Shown: one piece after another, positions 37,627-47,681 of the stretch
Layout of the letters: every line of letters starts with the position of its first letter
Position numbering within the stretch: position 1 is the first letter of the stretch
NCBI GenBank assembly: GCA_016932615.1
Contig: JAFGCN010000007.1
Coordinates: 19,189 to 83,188, forward strand
DNA: 64,000 nt
Origin: Candidatus Aenigmatarchaeota archaeon
Lineage (GTDB): Archaea; Aenigmatarchaeota; Aenigmatarchaeia; QMZS01
Direction of reading: 5' to 3'
The notes under the pieces: model-generated
What the model was told of the DNA's origin: nothing
The model's input: only the letters and a program-made list of their open reading frames with translations
Database searches by the model: none
Program-made: the position numbers and the translations under genes

Positions 37627-38408
37627 ACTCTCACAATCAGCCGGTTAGGATACTCAAAAGAGGTTGCCAGCCGGTATGTCCCCTTTGATTTTATGTCTTT
37701 CATGTCAAGTTCGCACAGGAGCTTCCTGCAGTCCTTGTTCTTTAGCCCTATGCAAAGCTCGCCCTCTGAGTAGCTTAATGGATAATCAAGCGAGATTTTG
37801 GCTGAGGACTGATTCTTGCAGGAAGACTTTCCCATCATGCAGGCCCGGTCAAGAAAGCCCGCAATCCGGTCAAGCTGGCCGTCGACAACCGTAAGGTTCA
37901 GCCGCCCAAGCCCCACCTCCTTTTCGGAATATTTTATCGCAATGGGCATAATGTAGCTCATCTTGTTATCATAATATTCCCTGGAAAAGTTTCCCCTCCC
38001 AAAGGTCCAAGTCTTCCCAACCCTTGAGCCAAGGTCAGTCATCACAATCTCGCTTACTTCCACCCGAAAGCCAAAGTCATAGTTCCTTGCGCACATCGGC
38101 TCTATTCCCTGATACTCCAATGAAAAGCTGTCAAGCTTCTTTACGTCAACTATGTTTGCATAGGCGCTTTCGCCTGTCGGAAGCTGGTAAGCCAGGCAAT
38201 CCTCAGAGTTGGCAAGAATCAAGAGAACATCCGTTGCCGCGCTTCTAAGCTCCAGGTCCCGCTGGGCTTTCTCTTTCTTTACTTCCGACGAGTTCAGGAA
38301 CATTAGCAAAAAGAGAAGCAGAACAATCATCATCAGCATCGTAAACGGCTTTACGGTAAAACTCATCTGGCCCTTTATTCTCGTCATCCTATCAATCTTC
38401 GCCATCAT
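37623..38408 (-). CDS. class III signal peptide (pilin-like) protein
   Basis: RIKGQMSFTVKPFTMLMMIVLLLFLLMF N-terminus; 4-nt overlap with upstream gene. Confidence 0.45.
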   Translation of the reverse strand: MMAKIDRMTRIKGQMSFTVKPFTMLMMIVLLLFLLMFLNSSEVKKEKAQRDLELRSAATDVLLILANSEDCLAYQLPTGESAYANIVDVKKLDSFSLEYQGIEPMCARNYDFGFRVEVSEIVMTDLGSRVGKTWTFGRGNFSREYYDNKMSYIMPIAIKYSEKEVGLGRLNLTVVDGQLDRIAGFLDRACMMGKSSCKNQSSAKISLDYPLSYSEGELCIGLKNKDCRKLLCELDMKDIKSKGTYRLATSFEYPNRLIVRV

Positions 38409-38409
38409 G

Positions 38410-40905
38410 CTAATATACGCACTTCTCTACCCCTATCATCTGGCACATTCCTTTCGGGTTTTCACGGTTAAGTATGCAGGAAGGGTCAACCTTGCAATTA
38501 AGCTTCCTTATTCCACTTTGAGGGAATGCGTAGCCCGTATCATCATCAACTTTTCCTCCAAAGCCATATATCGAAGGGTCAATCTGCGGGTATGCCCCAT
38601 AGTCATTGTAGGCGATGCACATGTGGTCGCACCATTGGGTTCCTTCAAACGGCTTTATCTCATGCCAGGTAGCATCAAACCAAAGCCACTTCTTTTCGTT
38701 TCCTTTGCATGCAGAAAGAGTCAGGTGGTCGGGAAGGTCCGGGTCACAGAAGTATATGACATAAGCGTGCCTGAACTGCGGGTTTACCGAGCTTGAAAGA
38801 GTTGCATAAACATCATAGGGTGGGACGCCAAGAGTCCTTAAAATGGAAAGCATTGCAACTGCGTGGTCTCCGCAAAAGCCAATCCCATCGCAAAGCGGAC
38901 CTACATAGTCAACGCTTCCGCACCTGCCACAGGAGTCAGCGCAGCAGGTCGAATCGGTAAGGTTGTATTGCTCATTTGCCTCTATGGTCTTGCTTGCATT
39001 TTGGACGAAGCTTCCGTCCTCTGCAGGGGTGCATTTTCCTTGTGAGTTCCTTATTGTCGAGTACCTTGAGCCATCAAATGCAAAGCCAAGAGGATGCGGG
39101 GAGAGCAGGTCTTTTTCGACCTGCTTTATGTCCCATCCCCTCCGGTCAAGATACCGGATGACCGATTCAGAACAAATCTCAATTGCGCCATCTGTCCAGT
39201 AGACCTTATCATTCTGCCAGTTGGTTGGGTCTGTGTCGTAAAAGGCAGGAGACTTATCAAAATTATCGCTCTTATTCACCCTCACAGGGCAATAGCATCC
39301 GGGGGAACTGGCGCATGGGCCAGCCGAGTTGAATTGGCAACAGTCGGGGTCGCAAATCTCGGTATTGCCCTTGCAGTCGGGGTCGCAGTTTCCAGCAGCA
39401 AGAAGCTCCAGAGCGAGGTTCTCTGAAGTGTTATCTGGAGGGACGGCAAAGCTAGGCACATCTTTTACCGGAAGGCAGATGCCATCTCCTTCCCGAGTTT
39501 GCTTCCGGTCATTGACATAAGGGCAACCCGGGTGAAGCGAGCAGTCGGGGTCACAGTAATAATAATCGTCACTGGCTCCGGCATTGGACCAGCCGCCCGT
39601 CGTGTATCCGGTTCTCCAAAGGCAGTCAACCTGGTCGCAGATTCCGTCAACAGTCCTGTCGCATACAAGGTCAGAGGTCCTTATCAGCTGGGTTTCCTTA
39701 TTTTTTATCTGCGAAGCTGTGCAGTCAAGCGGGCAGGTATATGAATTCTCCCAATTCAGGGAGCTATCAACAGCAGAAAAGGCGGGAAGTGTGAATCCTA
39801 CCCCCTGAACTCCCTCAAGAGTCAGCAGGTCTTTTACTAACGGCGAAACCTCGCACTCGCCGTTGCCGCAACAGGCGGGCTTCGTGATGTCGCTTGCGTC
39901 AGCGCAGGTTTTTGTCCCTGGGCAGCAGACTTCAGGAATGTCCTTTGTGCAGCAGGAGAGGGCTATGCAGCTTTCCCCCACAAGGGCGCACTTGTCCTCG
40001 CAGTCCTCGTCAAGGTTGCAGTCGGGGTCGCATACGTTATTCGTGGCATTGCAGTCAAGGTCGCAGATTCCGTCAGAAGTCATTCTCAACGCCTCCCCAA
40101 CCATCTTTTCATAGCAGCCACTGTAGCAAATTCCATCTGCTTCGTCCTCGAACTTATCGCCATCGGAGTCCTTCGGCTTGCAGGCGGGGTCGCATACCCC
40201 TTCAAACCCTGCGGTCCCATTATACCTCTTGAAGCAATCCAGGTCACAGGCGGTTTTGTTCACATTCGCGCAGTCAGGATCGCAGATTCCATCCTCCACC
40301 CCGTCCTGTATGCAGTCCGTGTCGCATATCAGGTCATTTTCATTTGAATAGCAGTCGGGGTCGCATGAGCTATCCCCGCTTTTGGCGCAGTACTTGCTGC
40401 AAAAGTAGTCGGGTTCCTCCGTTTTGCAGTCGGGGTCGCACTTGAAGTCAAGAAGGCAGGCAGGGTCGCACACACCATCATTGAACCGGCAGATGCATTC
40501 TCTTGGGACGATGGTAATCTTCCGGTCATCCCTGTTCTTGACAAAGCACAATCCTTTTGGGTTCTCAAAAAAATATGGGCCCGAATGAATCAGCCCGGAA
40601 AAAGTCTTGCTTGCGGTTCCCTTGTCGTAAATGACCGTCACAATCTTGTTGTCAACCGTCAGGTTTACATTGACGCCTTCAGGAAGCTGGTAATAAGTCT
40701 GCTGGGAACCGGCAAGAGCTGCCGTCCGGTCTATTGCGTAAACAACATCACGTGCTATCGGCTCGATAGAGGAGGCATATGTATTTTCAGAAGACTGGGC
40801 AAAAATTCCCCTTACAACCAGAACTATGAGCACAAAGGACAGCAGCAGGGCAATAACATTTATCATGCTTTCTGAAAGTGCTGCATCGCCCTTCTTAAGC
40901 CCCAT
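38410..40905 (-). CDS. large Cys-rich DGICDPDC-repeat surface protein with C-terminal transglutaminase-like (papain-fold) domain
   Basis: 831 aa; pilin-like N-terminus KKGDAALSESMINVIALLLSFVLIVLVV; >12 copies of CDPDC/CDPAC/CDLDC motif; C-terminal GFCGDHAVAMLSILRTLGVP...H...D resembles transglutaminase-like core. Confidence 0.5.
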   Translation of the reverse strand: MGLKKGDAALSESMINVIALLLSFVLIVLVVRGIFAQSSENTYASSIEPIARDVVYAIDRTAALAGSQQTYYQLPEGVNVNLTVDNKIVTVIYDKGTASKTFSGLIHSGPYFFENPKGLCFVKNRDDRKITIVPRECICRFNDGVCDPACLLDFKCDPDCKTEEPDYFCSKYCAKSGDSSCDPDCYSNENDLICDTDCIQDGVEDGICDPDCANVNKTACDLDCFKRYNGTAGFEGVCDPACKPKDSDGDKFEDEADGICYSGCYEKMVGEALRMTSDGICDLDCNATNNVCDPDCNLDEDCEDKCALVGESCIALSCCTKDIPEVCCPGTKTCADASDITKPACCGNGECEVSPLVKDLLTLEGVQGVGFTLPAFSAVDSSLNWENSYTCPLDCTASQIKNKETQLIRTSDLVCDRTVDGICDQVDCLWRTGYTTGGWSNAGASDDYYYCDPDCSLHPGCPYVNDRKQTREGDGICLPVKDVPSFAVPPDNTSENLALELLAAGNCDPDCKGNTEICDPDCCQFNSAGPCASSPGCYCPVRVNKSDNFDKSPAFYDTDPTNWQNDKVYWTDGAIEICSESVIRYLDRRGWDIKQVEKDLLSPHPLGFAFDGSRYSTIRNSQGKCTPAEDGSFVQNASKTIEANEQYNLTDSTCCADSCGRCGSVDYVGPLCDGIGFCGDHAVAMLSILRTLGVPPYDVYATLSSSVNPQFRHAYVIYFCDPDLPDHLTLSACKGNEKKWLWFDATWHEIKPFEGTQWCDHMCIAYNDYGAYPQIDPSIYGFGGKVDDDTGYAFPQSGIRKLNCKVDPSCILNRENPKGMCQMIGVEKCVY

Positions 40906-40943
40906 AAATACAGTAATATAACTATTTGTAAAGAATCTGTATT

Positions 40944-43900
40944 ATGGAGTTGACATATTCTCCGGGCCAGAAAAACCGGAGCTTTCCCACTATCATGATA
41001 CTTGCACTGCAAGCCATTATTGCCGGCTTGCTGTTTTCACTGCCCGCATACGCAACAAATATAAGCTCCTGCTCAATCATAAGCGCCCCAGGAAACTACA
41101 CTCTTGTAGACAACATAACGCTCACGACAGGCCAAAACTGCATCGAGGTAAATATACGAGATGTAGTAATTGACTGCGCCGGAAACGCAATTGCAGGAAG
41201 CGGTAGCTCGGGCACTTCAGGAGTTTACGCAAGCAAGGACGGATTCATCCTGAGAAACTGCACAATTACAAATTTCCATAACGGCCTCCGCATGGAGGGG
41301 TCAAACAATGGCCTTGTCGAAAATTCCAGGATAATTGGAAACTACCGCGGAATTACCCTTTCGTATTCGGAAAACAATGCTATCTCCAACACGCTGCTTA
41401 TCCAGAACAACATCGGGGTGCAAATTTCCTTTTCCGAGAGAAACCGCTTCTACAACAATCTCCTGAATAACACCAACAACACGGTCTTTATTGGAACAAA
41501 CGAGAACACCTGGTATTCCAGCAAGGAAAAAGGCAAGAGGATATACTCTCCCGGAACTTATATTGGCGGAAACTACTGGTCAAACCCCGGTGGCGGACCC
41601 TCAGATTCCTGTAATGATGCAAACCGCGATGGGTTCTGCGATGAGCCGTACGAAATGGACCCTCAGAATAGGGACTCATTTCCACTAAGCAACAGGTACC
41701 TTTCCGACACCGTGCCTCCAACGATTATAATTAATTCCCCGAAAACAAACCAGATTGTAGACAATACCACAATAACCATATCGATTACCGCAAATGATGC
41801 CGTTTATGCTTATACCAACCTCTCGATAATGCAGGGAAACGAAACCGTAAAGAGTGCAGTCAGCACCAAGAACGGCACCTTTGAGGAAGACTTAAAAGTA
41901 AATAAGGGCGGCTATTACAACATAACCGCAACCGCCTACGACATGGACGGAAACAGCGCATCAAGCACTGTCTACAACATCCTTACCCCTCTGGAAGTCA
42001 CCTCCTGCTCAGACTTGAATGTTGCAGGGGAAAAATACACCGTCGAAAATACTATAACCCACACGAGCGGAAGCATATGCCTCAACATCCAGGCAGACAA
42101 CATCATTCTCGACTGCAAAAACCGGGCAATAACCGGAAAGGAAGCCGCATATAAGACCTACGGCATTTCGCTTAACGGCAGGAAAAACGTCACCATAAAA
42201 AACTGCATTGTTTCTGAGTGGGACTACGGAATATTTTCACAGTTCTCTACAGGCAACCACATCAACAACAACCTTGTCCTCAAAAACAGAAATACCGGGA
42301 TATACCTTTATTCCTCTGGCGGAAACGAAATCCAGGGAAATGTCATTGGCAATAATACCATGGGCATACGGCTCTATTCTTCTTCCGACAACAGGATATA
42401 CAACAATGTATTTAGCAACGAAAAAGAAGCTGGGTTTGAAGGGGAAACGCTGAAAAATTATTGGAACGTCGAAAAGAAAGAAGGCCTCAGAGTAACTTCA
42501 AAGGGCAGCAAAATTGGAGGAAACTTCTGGTCGGGAAAAGGAAACGATTACTCCATAGCATGCACTGACAAAGACACTGACGGGTTCTGCGATGAGCCCT
42601 ATGATGTCGGGTATGGAAGCCAAAATTCCGGCACTGGGTTCTTCCTGAAAGATATTATAACAGGCCTGTTTTTGACGCTCAGTGTTTTTGGCCCGCCTCC
42701 CGAAAGCAATAACATAGATTATCTTCCCCTGAGCGATGAGTTTGCGCCAGATGTTACGCCGCCTGCCACAAATATCACAATAACGCTTCCAAATGGGAAA
42801 GCTTATAACTCAAGCCAGTGGATAAGCGAAAATTATGTAAATGTAACCGCCTACTGCTCAGACGGGTACGGCTCAGGATGCAAGAGAATTCTCTACTGCA
42901 TAGACCGTTATGGAAACTGCACTCCTGAAACAACCTACAAGGAACCGTTCAAGATAGAGCCGGACAAAAACCTGACCGAGCAAATATACCTCAGGTACTA
43001 TAGCGTGGATAAGGAAGACAACAACGAAACAATAAAGATTGCAATGATAAGAAGCTTGTCATCCAGCCAGAAAGTCGTGATATCAAGCCCGCTTGAAGGC
43101 GACCAGTTCAACTCAACAAACATAACCCTGTCGGGAACTGTCCTGAGGGAAAACGAGCACAACACAACCCAGATTAACATATACAATTCAAGCGGAAACG
43201 TTACGCGCACAGTAACCATAACTGCAAACGGCACATTTGAACGTAACCTGACGCTACCCGGAGAAGGCACATACCTTGCAGAGGTAATTTTCAGAAGCAT
43301 CTATGGCTTTAACACCACAGAAAGTGAATTCAGCATAATTGTAGACCTGACCCCTCCGACAATCAGCTTCAAGCTAAACAAGGAGAAGGTATTTGAAGGC
43401 GAAACAATAATCGGAACGTGCAATGCGCAGGACAATTTTAAGGGGTCATTTCAGGGAACAATTACCGGGATAAATACCTCATCAGAAGGCGCAAAAAGCG
43501 CAACCTGCATAGCAATCGATGATGCCGGAAACATAGCACGGGAAACGCTGGATTATCTGGTAGAAGAGAAAGTATGCACCAAGGGCGAGAAAAAATGCGC
43601 GTCAAATGTCCTCTACCTATGCGAAGATAATGCCTGGACCGAAAAAGAAACCTGCGAGTACGGCTGCGATGCCAAGAACAAAGTATGCATCAGTGCTCCA
43701 AAGAATAATTCAAAAAATGGAACCATTGACCCCAGAGATGATGACCCAAATCAGGATGATGGCGATAAAGAACTAAACCCCACCGTAGTTGCAACAAGCG
43801 CATTCCTTCTGCTGTTCATTGTCGGAGTTATGGCATTCCTTTACTTCAAGATTTTCCAAAAGCCGACCTATGACTTTGACAAGAAGCTTGCATTCCTTGA

Positions 43901-44054
43901 AGCAAGGGTGAGAGAAGCCGAAAGCAAGGGAAAAGACACAACAAATGTAAGAAGCGAACTAGAGATGGCCGAGCAGGAAGTCAGCATGGGGCTTTTCGAA
44001 ATGGCAGGCCCAAGAATAAAAGCCCTTGAAAAAGACCTTAAACGGCTGAAGTAA
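40944..44054 (+). CDS. right-handed parallel beta-helix repeat surface protein with C-terminal TM anchor and coiled coil
   Basis: 1036 aa; signal peptide; two blocks of PbH1-like repeats (NCTITNFHNGLRMEGSNNGLVENSRIIGNYRGITL...); C-terminal VVATSAFLLLFIVGVMAFLYF TM. Confidence 0.5.
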   Translation: MELTYSPGQKNRSFPTIMILALQAIIAGLLFSLPAYATNISSCSIISAPGNYTLVDNITLTTGQNCIEVNIRDVVIDCAGNAIAGSGSSGTSGVYASKDGFILRNCTITNFHNGLRMEGSNNGLVENSRIIGNYRGITLSYSENNAISNTLLIQNNIGVQISFSERNRFYNNLLNNTNNTVFIGTNENTWYSSKEKGKRIYSPGTYIGGNYWSNPGGGPSDSCNDANRDGFCDEPYEMDPQNRDSFPLSNRYLSDTVPPTIIINSPKTNQIVDNTTITISITANDAVYAYTNLSIMQGNETVKSAVSTKNGTFEEDLKVNKGGYYNITATAYDMDGNSASSTVYNILTPLEVTSCSDLNVAGEKYTVENTITHTSGSICLNIQADNIILDCKNRAITGKEAAYKTYGISLNGRKNVTIKNCIVSEWDYGIFSQFSTGNHINNNLVLKNRNTGIYLYSSGGNEIQGNVIGNNTMGIRLYSSSDNRIYNNVFSNEKEAGFEGETLKNYWNVEKKEGLRVTSKGSKIGGNFWSGKGNDYSIACTDKDTDGFCDEPYDVGYGSQNSGTGFFLKDIITGLFLTLSVFGPPPESNNIDYLPLSDEFAPDVTPPATNITITLPNGKAYNSSQWISENYVNVTAYCSDGYGSGCKRILYCIDRYGNCTPETTYKEPFKIEPDKNLTEQIYLRYYSVDKEDNNETIKIAMIRSLSSSQKVVISSPLEGDQFNSTNITLSGTVLRENEHNTTQINIYNSSGNVTRTVTITANGTFERNLTLPGEGTYLAEVIFRSIYGFNTTESEFSIIVDLTPPTISFKLNKEKVFEGETIIGTCNAQDNFKGSFQGTITGINTSSEGAKSATCIAIDDAGNIARETLDYLVEEKVCTKGEKKCASNVLYLCEDNAWTEKETCEYGCDAKNKVCISAPKNNSKNGTIDPRDDDPNQDDGDKELNPTVVATSAFLLLFIVGVMAFLYFKIFQKPTYDFDKKLAFLEARVREAESKGKDTTNVRSELEMAEQEVSMGLFEMAGPRIKALEKDLKRLK

Positions 44055-44087
44055 GCGCACCCTAAACAGACAAGCATTTCTCAGCTA

Positions 44088-44657
44088 TCACTTTATTAGT
44101 GTTTCTGCTGTAACAAGCACTGAATGCTCACCGGTCTTGTTTATCGAAAGACGATAATTATATGTGGGATTGCTTCCCATTATGCGGGCAATCCTGCTGG
44201 AAAGAGTAGTCTTCATCGAGGGTGTCCCTATATACGTAAAGTTAAGGTCGCACCGCGATTCCCAACATTTCTTTGGAAGGTTTGTATCTGTATAAGCAAG
44301 TTGGTAGCAAAAAAAGTTTCCAATCGCGGACTTATTTTCCGAAATCATAACAGAAACTTTGTCTGGAGCAGGAATCATATCCGCCTTTGCGACATAAACC
44401 GCCTTGATATTTTCTGGAAGGGAGATATCGTATATCTCATAAGCGCCAGTTCCTTTACTAACACACATAGACCGGAGGCTATTCTGTAGGTTAGTGACCT
44501 CATCAAGAATGAGCCGGTCGGAAACACTCTGAATCTGGCCGCTTATGAGAACATATCCTGCAAAAAAAATCATCAGCCCGAACAAGACGCTCCCAACAAC
44601 CCATATCCACGAAGCCATTCCTTTGGCAATGCCTTTCATGATGCTAGTAGCCACCAT
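44088..44657 (-). CDS. class III signal peptide (pilin-like) protein
   Basis: MKGIAKGMASWIWVVGSVLFGLMIFFAGY N-terminus. Confidence 0.4.
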   Translation of the reverse strand: MVATSIMKGIAKGMASWIWVVGSVLFGLMIFFAGYVLISGQIQSVSDRLILDEVTNLQNSLRSMCVSKGTGAYEIYDISLPENIKAVYVAKADMIPAPDKVSVMISENKSAIGNFFCYQLAYTDTNLPKKCWESRCDLNFTYIGTPSMKTTLSSRIARIMGSNPTYNYRLSINKTGEHSVLVTAETLIK

Positions 44658-45321
44658 ACTCGGGTGGGCTCGGTCCGGAAAAACTCTCTGCAGAAGGAGC
44701 AGAATCCTTTCTGCGCTTTAATCGCCACATTAGTAAAATAGCCAGGATTATTACTAGGAAGATTATTCCAATCACCCAATAATTGGTTTCCTGTGTTTCG
44801 CCATTCTCTATGTCTGGAGCGTCTTCACCACTCTCTGGACCGATCTCTAAAGATGACCCGGGGTTTTCAGAAACTATGCAGGCAGGAGAGTACATTGAAA
44901 CGTCAAGATTCGCCAGAGTACTATTCTGCTCATCATAAATTTTTATCATGGAAGCGTCCCTAAAATAGGGCACAATAAGGGTCTTGTTGAAGCTTTCGAC
45001 GAAATAAGGGCTTCCCGGGTCTTCGCCTTCCCTTGGCGGAGGCGGGAATATGATCTGATTAGTGCCATACCTGAAGGAATAAAGCACTTCCCCCGAGCAG
45101 GAGATGACTTCACAGGTGTGCCCCGACTCCGGCTGAATAAGCCGTTCCGGGAAATACCCTCTGCCAAGCTTAACCGCTGAATAATCCAGCTCGCCCTGGC
45201 TGTAGTGAATATCCACGACATAAATCGTCCCAAAAGCCCCCTGTACAGGGGCAAAACACACCAAAAAAGCAAATAAAGCCCCAAATATCCACGACCCCAT
45301 AACCTTAAACTCAATTTCCAT
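44644..45321 (-). CDS. secreted protein with C-terminal TM anchor
   Basis: signal peptide, C-terminal WVIGIIFLVIILAILLMWRLKRRK anchor. Confidence 0.35.
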   Translation of the reverse strand: MEIEFKVMGSWIFGALFAFLVCFAPVQGAFGTIYVVDIHYSQGELDYSAVKLGRGYFPERLIQPESGHTCEVISCSGEVLYSFRYGTNQIIFPPPPREGEDPGSPYFVESFNKTLIVPYFRDASMIKIYDEQNSTLANLDVSMYSPACIVSENPGSSLEIGPESGEDAPDIENGETQETNYWVIGIIFLVIILAILLMWRLKRRKDSAPSAESFSGPSPPEYGGY

Positions 45322-46759
45322 AGTAATCTAGCTGGCTCTCTATCTGAGCCAGGCAAACCGAACAAAAGCCATACCCTAGGTCCTTCATTATGCAGGAGTC
45401 GCTTGGCCGGTACCAGTTCGTATAGGAACATTCCCTGATGCAATCCATGCCCTGCCCCTCCCAGTCAGTGCAGGAAGGGCTCTCGTCGCAGTTGGGCGCC
45501 TCTTCAGGCATGCTTGTCGGCTGCCCATAGGAGTACTCGTCATAAAGCTTTCCAAAAGCGTGCCCAAACTCATGCACTGCTGCTTTTGTCTCGCTTCTCG
45601 CGACCACAGAAATTCCTTCCGTAATATATCCTCCCCCACCATAGGTCTCGCTGTCAAAGAGAACAATAATCTGGTCAGACGGACACCTCATGGCAAAAGT
45701 CTTTGTTTTTGGAACGTCACAGCAGATGAGCCGTGCAATGCCGGCGCAATTATAGTAGCACCCCAGGTCCCCGGAAAGATTGACCATATAGACATTTATC
45801 TTATTCACATTTTCCTTAAACGGGGAATATGAGAGCAGGGACTCAGTGTGGTTTTGGACATCGCTTCTGAATTTAGACAGGTCTACATAGCCATGCCCGA
45901 CAAAAACCACATTCAGGTTGCTTGATGAAGGACCTGTATGAATAAGGGGGATGCAATATTCCCCAACGGTTTCATTGCCTGCAGAATCTGCAACCCTGAA
46001 CTCCACCCTTGCCTCAGAAGACCTGCCGAAAGCATCATCTACCTTCAAAGTTGCTGTGTGAATTCCCAGGTCCATGCTGGATACCTCAATGACCGATTTG
46101 TTTCCCAGGTGCTTTCCGTCCAGTTCCCAGCCATAATTGTAAGGTGCTTTTCCGCCAGAAATCCACGCCTTAAACGTAATCGTTTCGTCCATTCCATATT
46201 GCGTCCCATTCACGGGAAGAGATATGAGGGCGGTCACATTTCCGGCACTGGAGGTATTTCCTCCGGTATTGCCGTTATCTGAAGAGAATACATTAAGGTC
46301 CCTTACCGATATATACCTTCCATCTGCAACGTAGGAGATTTCCACAAGCGCATCCTTCGCGCCTACAGACCACTTGAGCTTGTCCTGGTCATCATACGAT
46401 TCTGATGTGCAAAAGCTGCAGTTGCCTGTGGAGCAGATATTATTCGGAATCTGCTTGCAATCAAGCTGCTGAGTAACAGTCCTTTCGGTGAAATTCCCTG
46501 TCGCATTGACGATTATTTCTGCGCAAATGTCTGAGGAAGGGTCAAGCCCGCCGCGATGGTTTTCCCAGCAAAGCTCTATCTCTTCAGCAAGCCGTTTTGA
46601 GACATGGCTTGTGTCTCCAAACAAAACATCATCCGCACTCGTGTCAAAAACCCCGGAATACCTTGCGATGAAATAAAACATAATCGCCCCAATTACAAGC
46701 GCTATTATAAGGTACATATAATCCGTAAGCGTGTCCAGTGCGCCCTTCATCTTAGCCAA
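45311..46759 (-). CDS. M64 (IgA-peptidase-like) zinc metallopeptidase with pilin-like N-terminus
   Basis: VHEFGHAFGKLYDEY matches M64 HExxH...DEY signature; N-terminus MKGALDTLTDYMYLIIALVIGAIMFYF. Confidence 0.55.
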   Translation of the reverse strand: MAKMKGALDTLTDYMYLIIALVIGAIMFYFIARYSGVFDTSADDVLFGDTSHVSKRLAEEIELCWENHRGGLDPSSDICAEIIVNATGNFTERTVTQQLDCKQIPNNICSTGNCSFCTSESYDDQDKLKWSVGAKDALVEISYVADGRYISVRDLNVFSSDNGNTGGNTSSAGNVTALISLPVNGTQYGMDETITFKAWISGGKAPYNYGWELDGKHLGNKSVIEVSSMDLGIHTATLKVDDAFGRSSEARVEFRVADSAGNETVGEYCIPLIHTGPSSSNLNVVFVGHGYVDLSKFRSDVQNHTESLLSYSPFKENVNKINVYMVNLSGDLGCYYNCAGIARLICCDVPKTKTFAMRCPSDQIIVLFDSETYGGGGYITEGISVVARSETKAAVHEFGHAFGKLYDEYSYGQPTSMPEEAPNCDESPSCTDWEGQGMDCIRECSYTNWYRPSDSCIMKDLGYGFCSVCLAQIESQLDYYGN

Positions 46760-47639
46760 TAAGGACTATCTCAGTCACGCTTTCGTCTTCAGCAACGCCA
46801 ACGTGCCGGGCAACCCCATCTCCAACAACTGTGACCTTAACAAGCTTAATCAGCTTTCCGTACGAAGATTTTACCCCCTCCACTTCGGTTGCTTCAATGT
46901 CAATGCCCTGGTCGACTATATACTGGCTTGCAAGCTCAATTGCCCGCTCATCCGACAAAGCCATTTCCGCATACTCACATGCGTGGCTTTCCTCATCGCA
47001 TACCTCACCAGGCATGAAGCACTCACAGTCAAGGCAGCAGTTGTCAGGCCCCTCATAAAGCTCACACTTGCCGTTTCCGCAAACAGAGATCACGCAGTCC
47101 TTTTCCACATCAGAGCAGTAAGCTCCTTCGCTGCAGGTGCAGTCCCCCGGAGTATTTACGCAGTTTTCGCCAAAGGATTTCTCACAGATTCCGTTTACGG
47201 CTGCCTTCTTGGTCTCTGTGGCATTGGTCTGGACAACGGTATCGTTCTTCACAGGTTCCTGGGTCTGAGTGGATTCGTCCACGCAAAGCTTTTGCGCCTC
47301 AGAGCATATCTTGCTGCCTGTGCATTTACAGTCCTCAGAAGTAACGCAGTTTTCCCCATATTCTTTCTGGCAAATCCCATCACCCTCATGGCTTTCAGGA
47401 GAATCAGACCCGCCCGAGAAAAATATGAAATAAATCATGACCAGCACCACAAGGCCAATGACTACATAGATGACCTTGGTATAATCTTTCGAGCCGCTTT
47501 GGGCTTGACTAGATGCCTCTGGAGTTGGCATTGAAGGATAATCTTCGTATTGATTTATCAAAGTACCCATAATAGAGACCAAGGAATATATATTATATCT
47601 GACACTGCAGAAGTATATGGTAGCTCGTGCTCCAAGCAA
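46752..47639 (-). CDS. membrane-anchored Cys-rich repeat protein
   Basis: TM helix VIYVVIGLVVLVMIYFIFF then two DGIC.K.FGENCV...DC.C repeats. Confidence 0.35.
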   Translation of the reverse strand: MLGARATIYFCSVRYNIYSLVSIMGTLINQYEDYPSMPTPEASSQAQSGSKDYTKVIYVVIGLVVLVMIYFIFFSGGSDSPESHEGDGICQKEYGENCVTSEDCKCTGSKICSEAQKLCVDESTQTQEPVKNDTVVQTNATETKKAAVNGICEKSFGENCVNTPGDCTCSEGAYCSDVEKDCVISVCGNGKCELYEGPDNCCLDCECFMPGEVCDEESHACEYAEMALSDERAIELASQYIVDQGIDIEATEVEGVKSSYGKLIKLVKVTVVGDGVARHVGVAEDESVTEIVLIG

Positions 47640-47681
47640 GCACTATCTATAGCGCAAGTGCCAAAAACAGAAGCCGCCAGA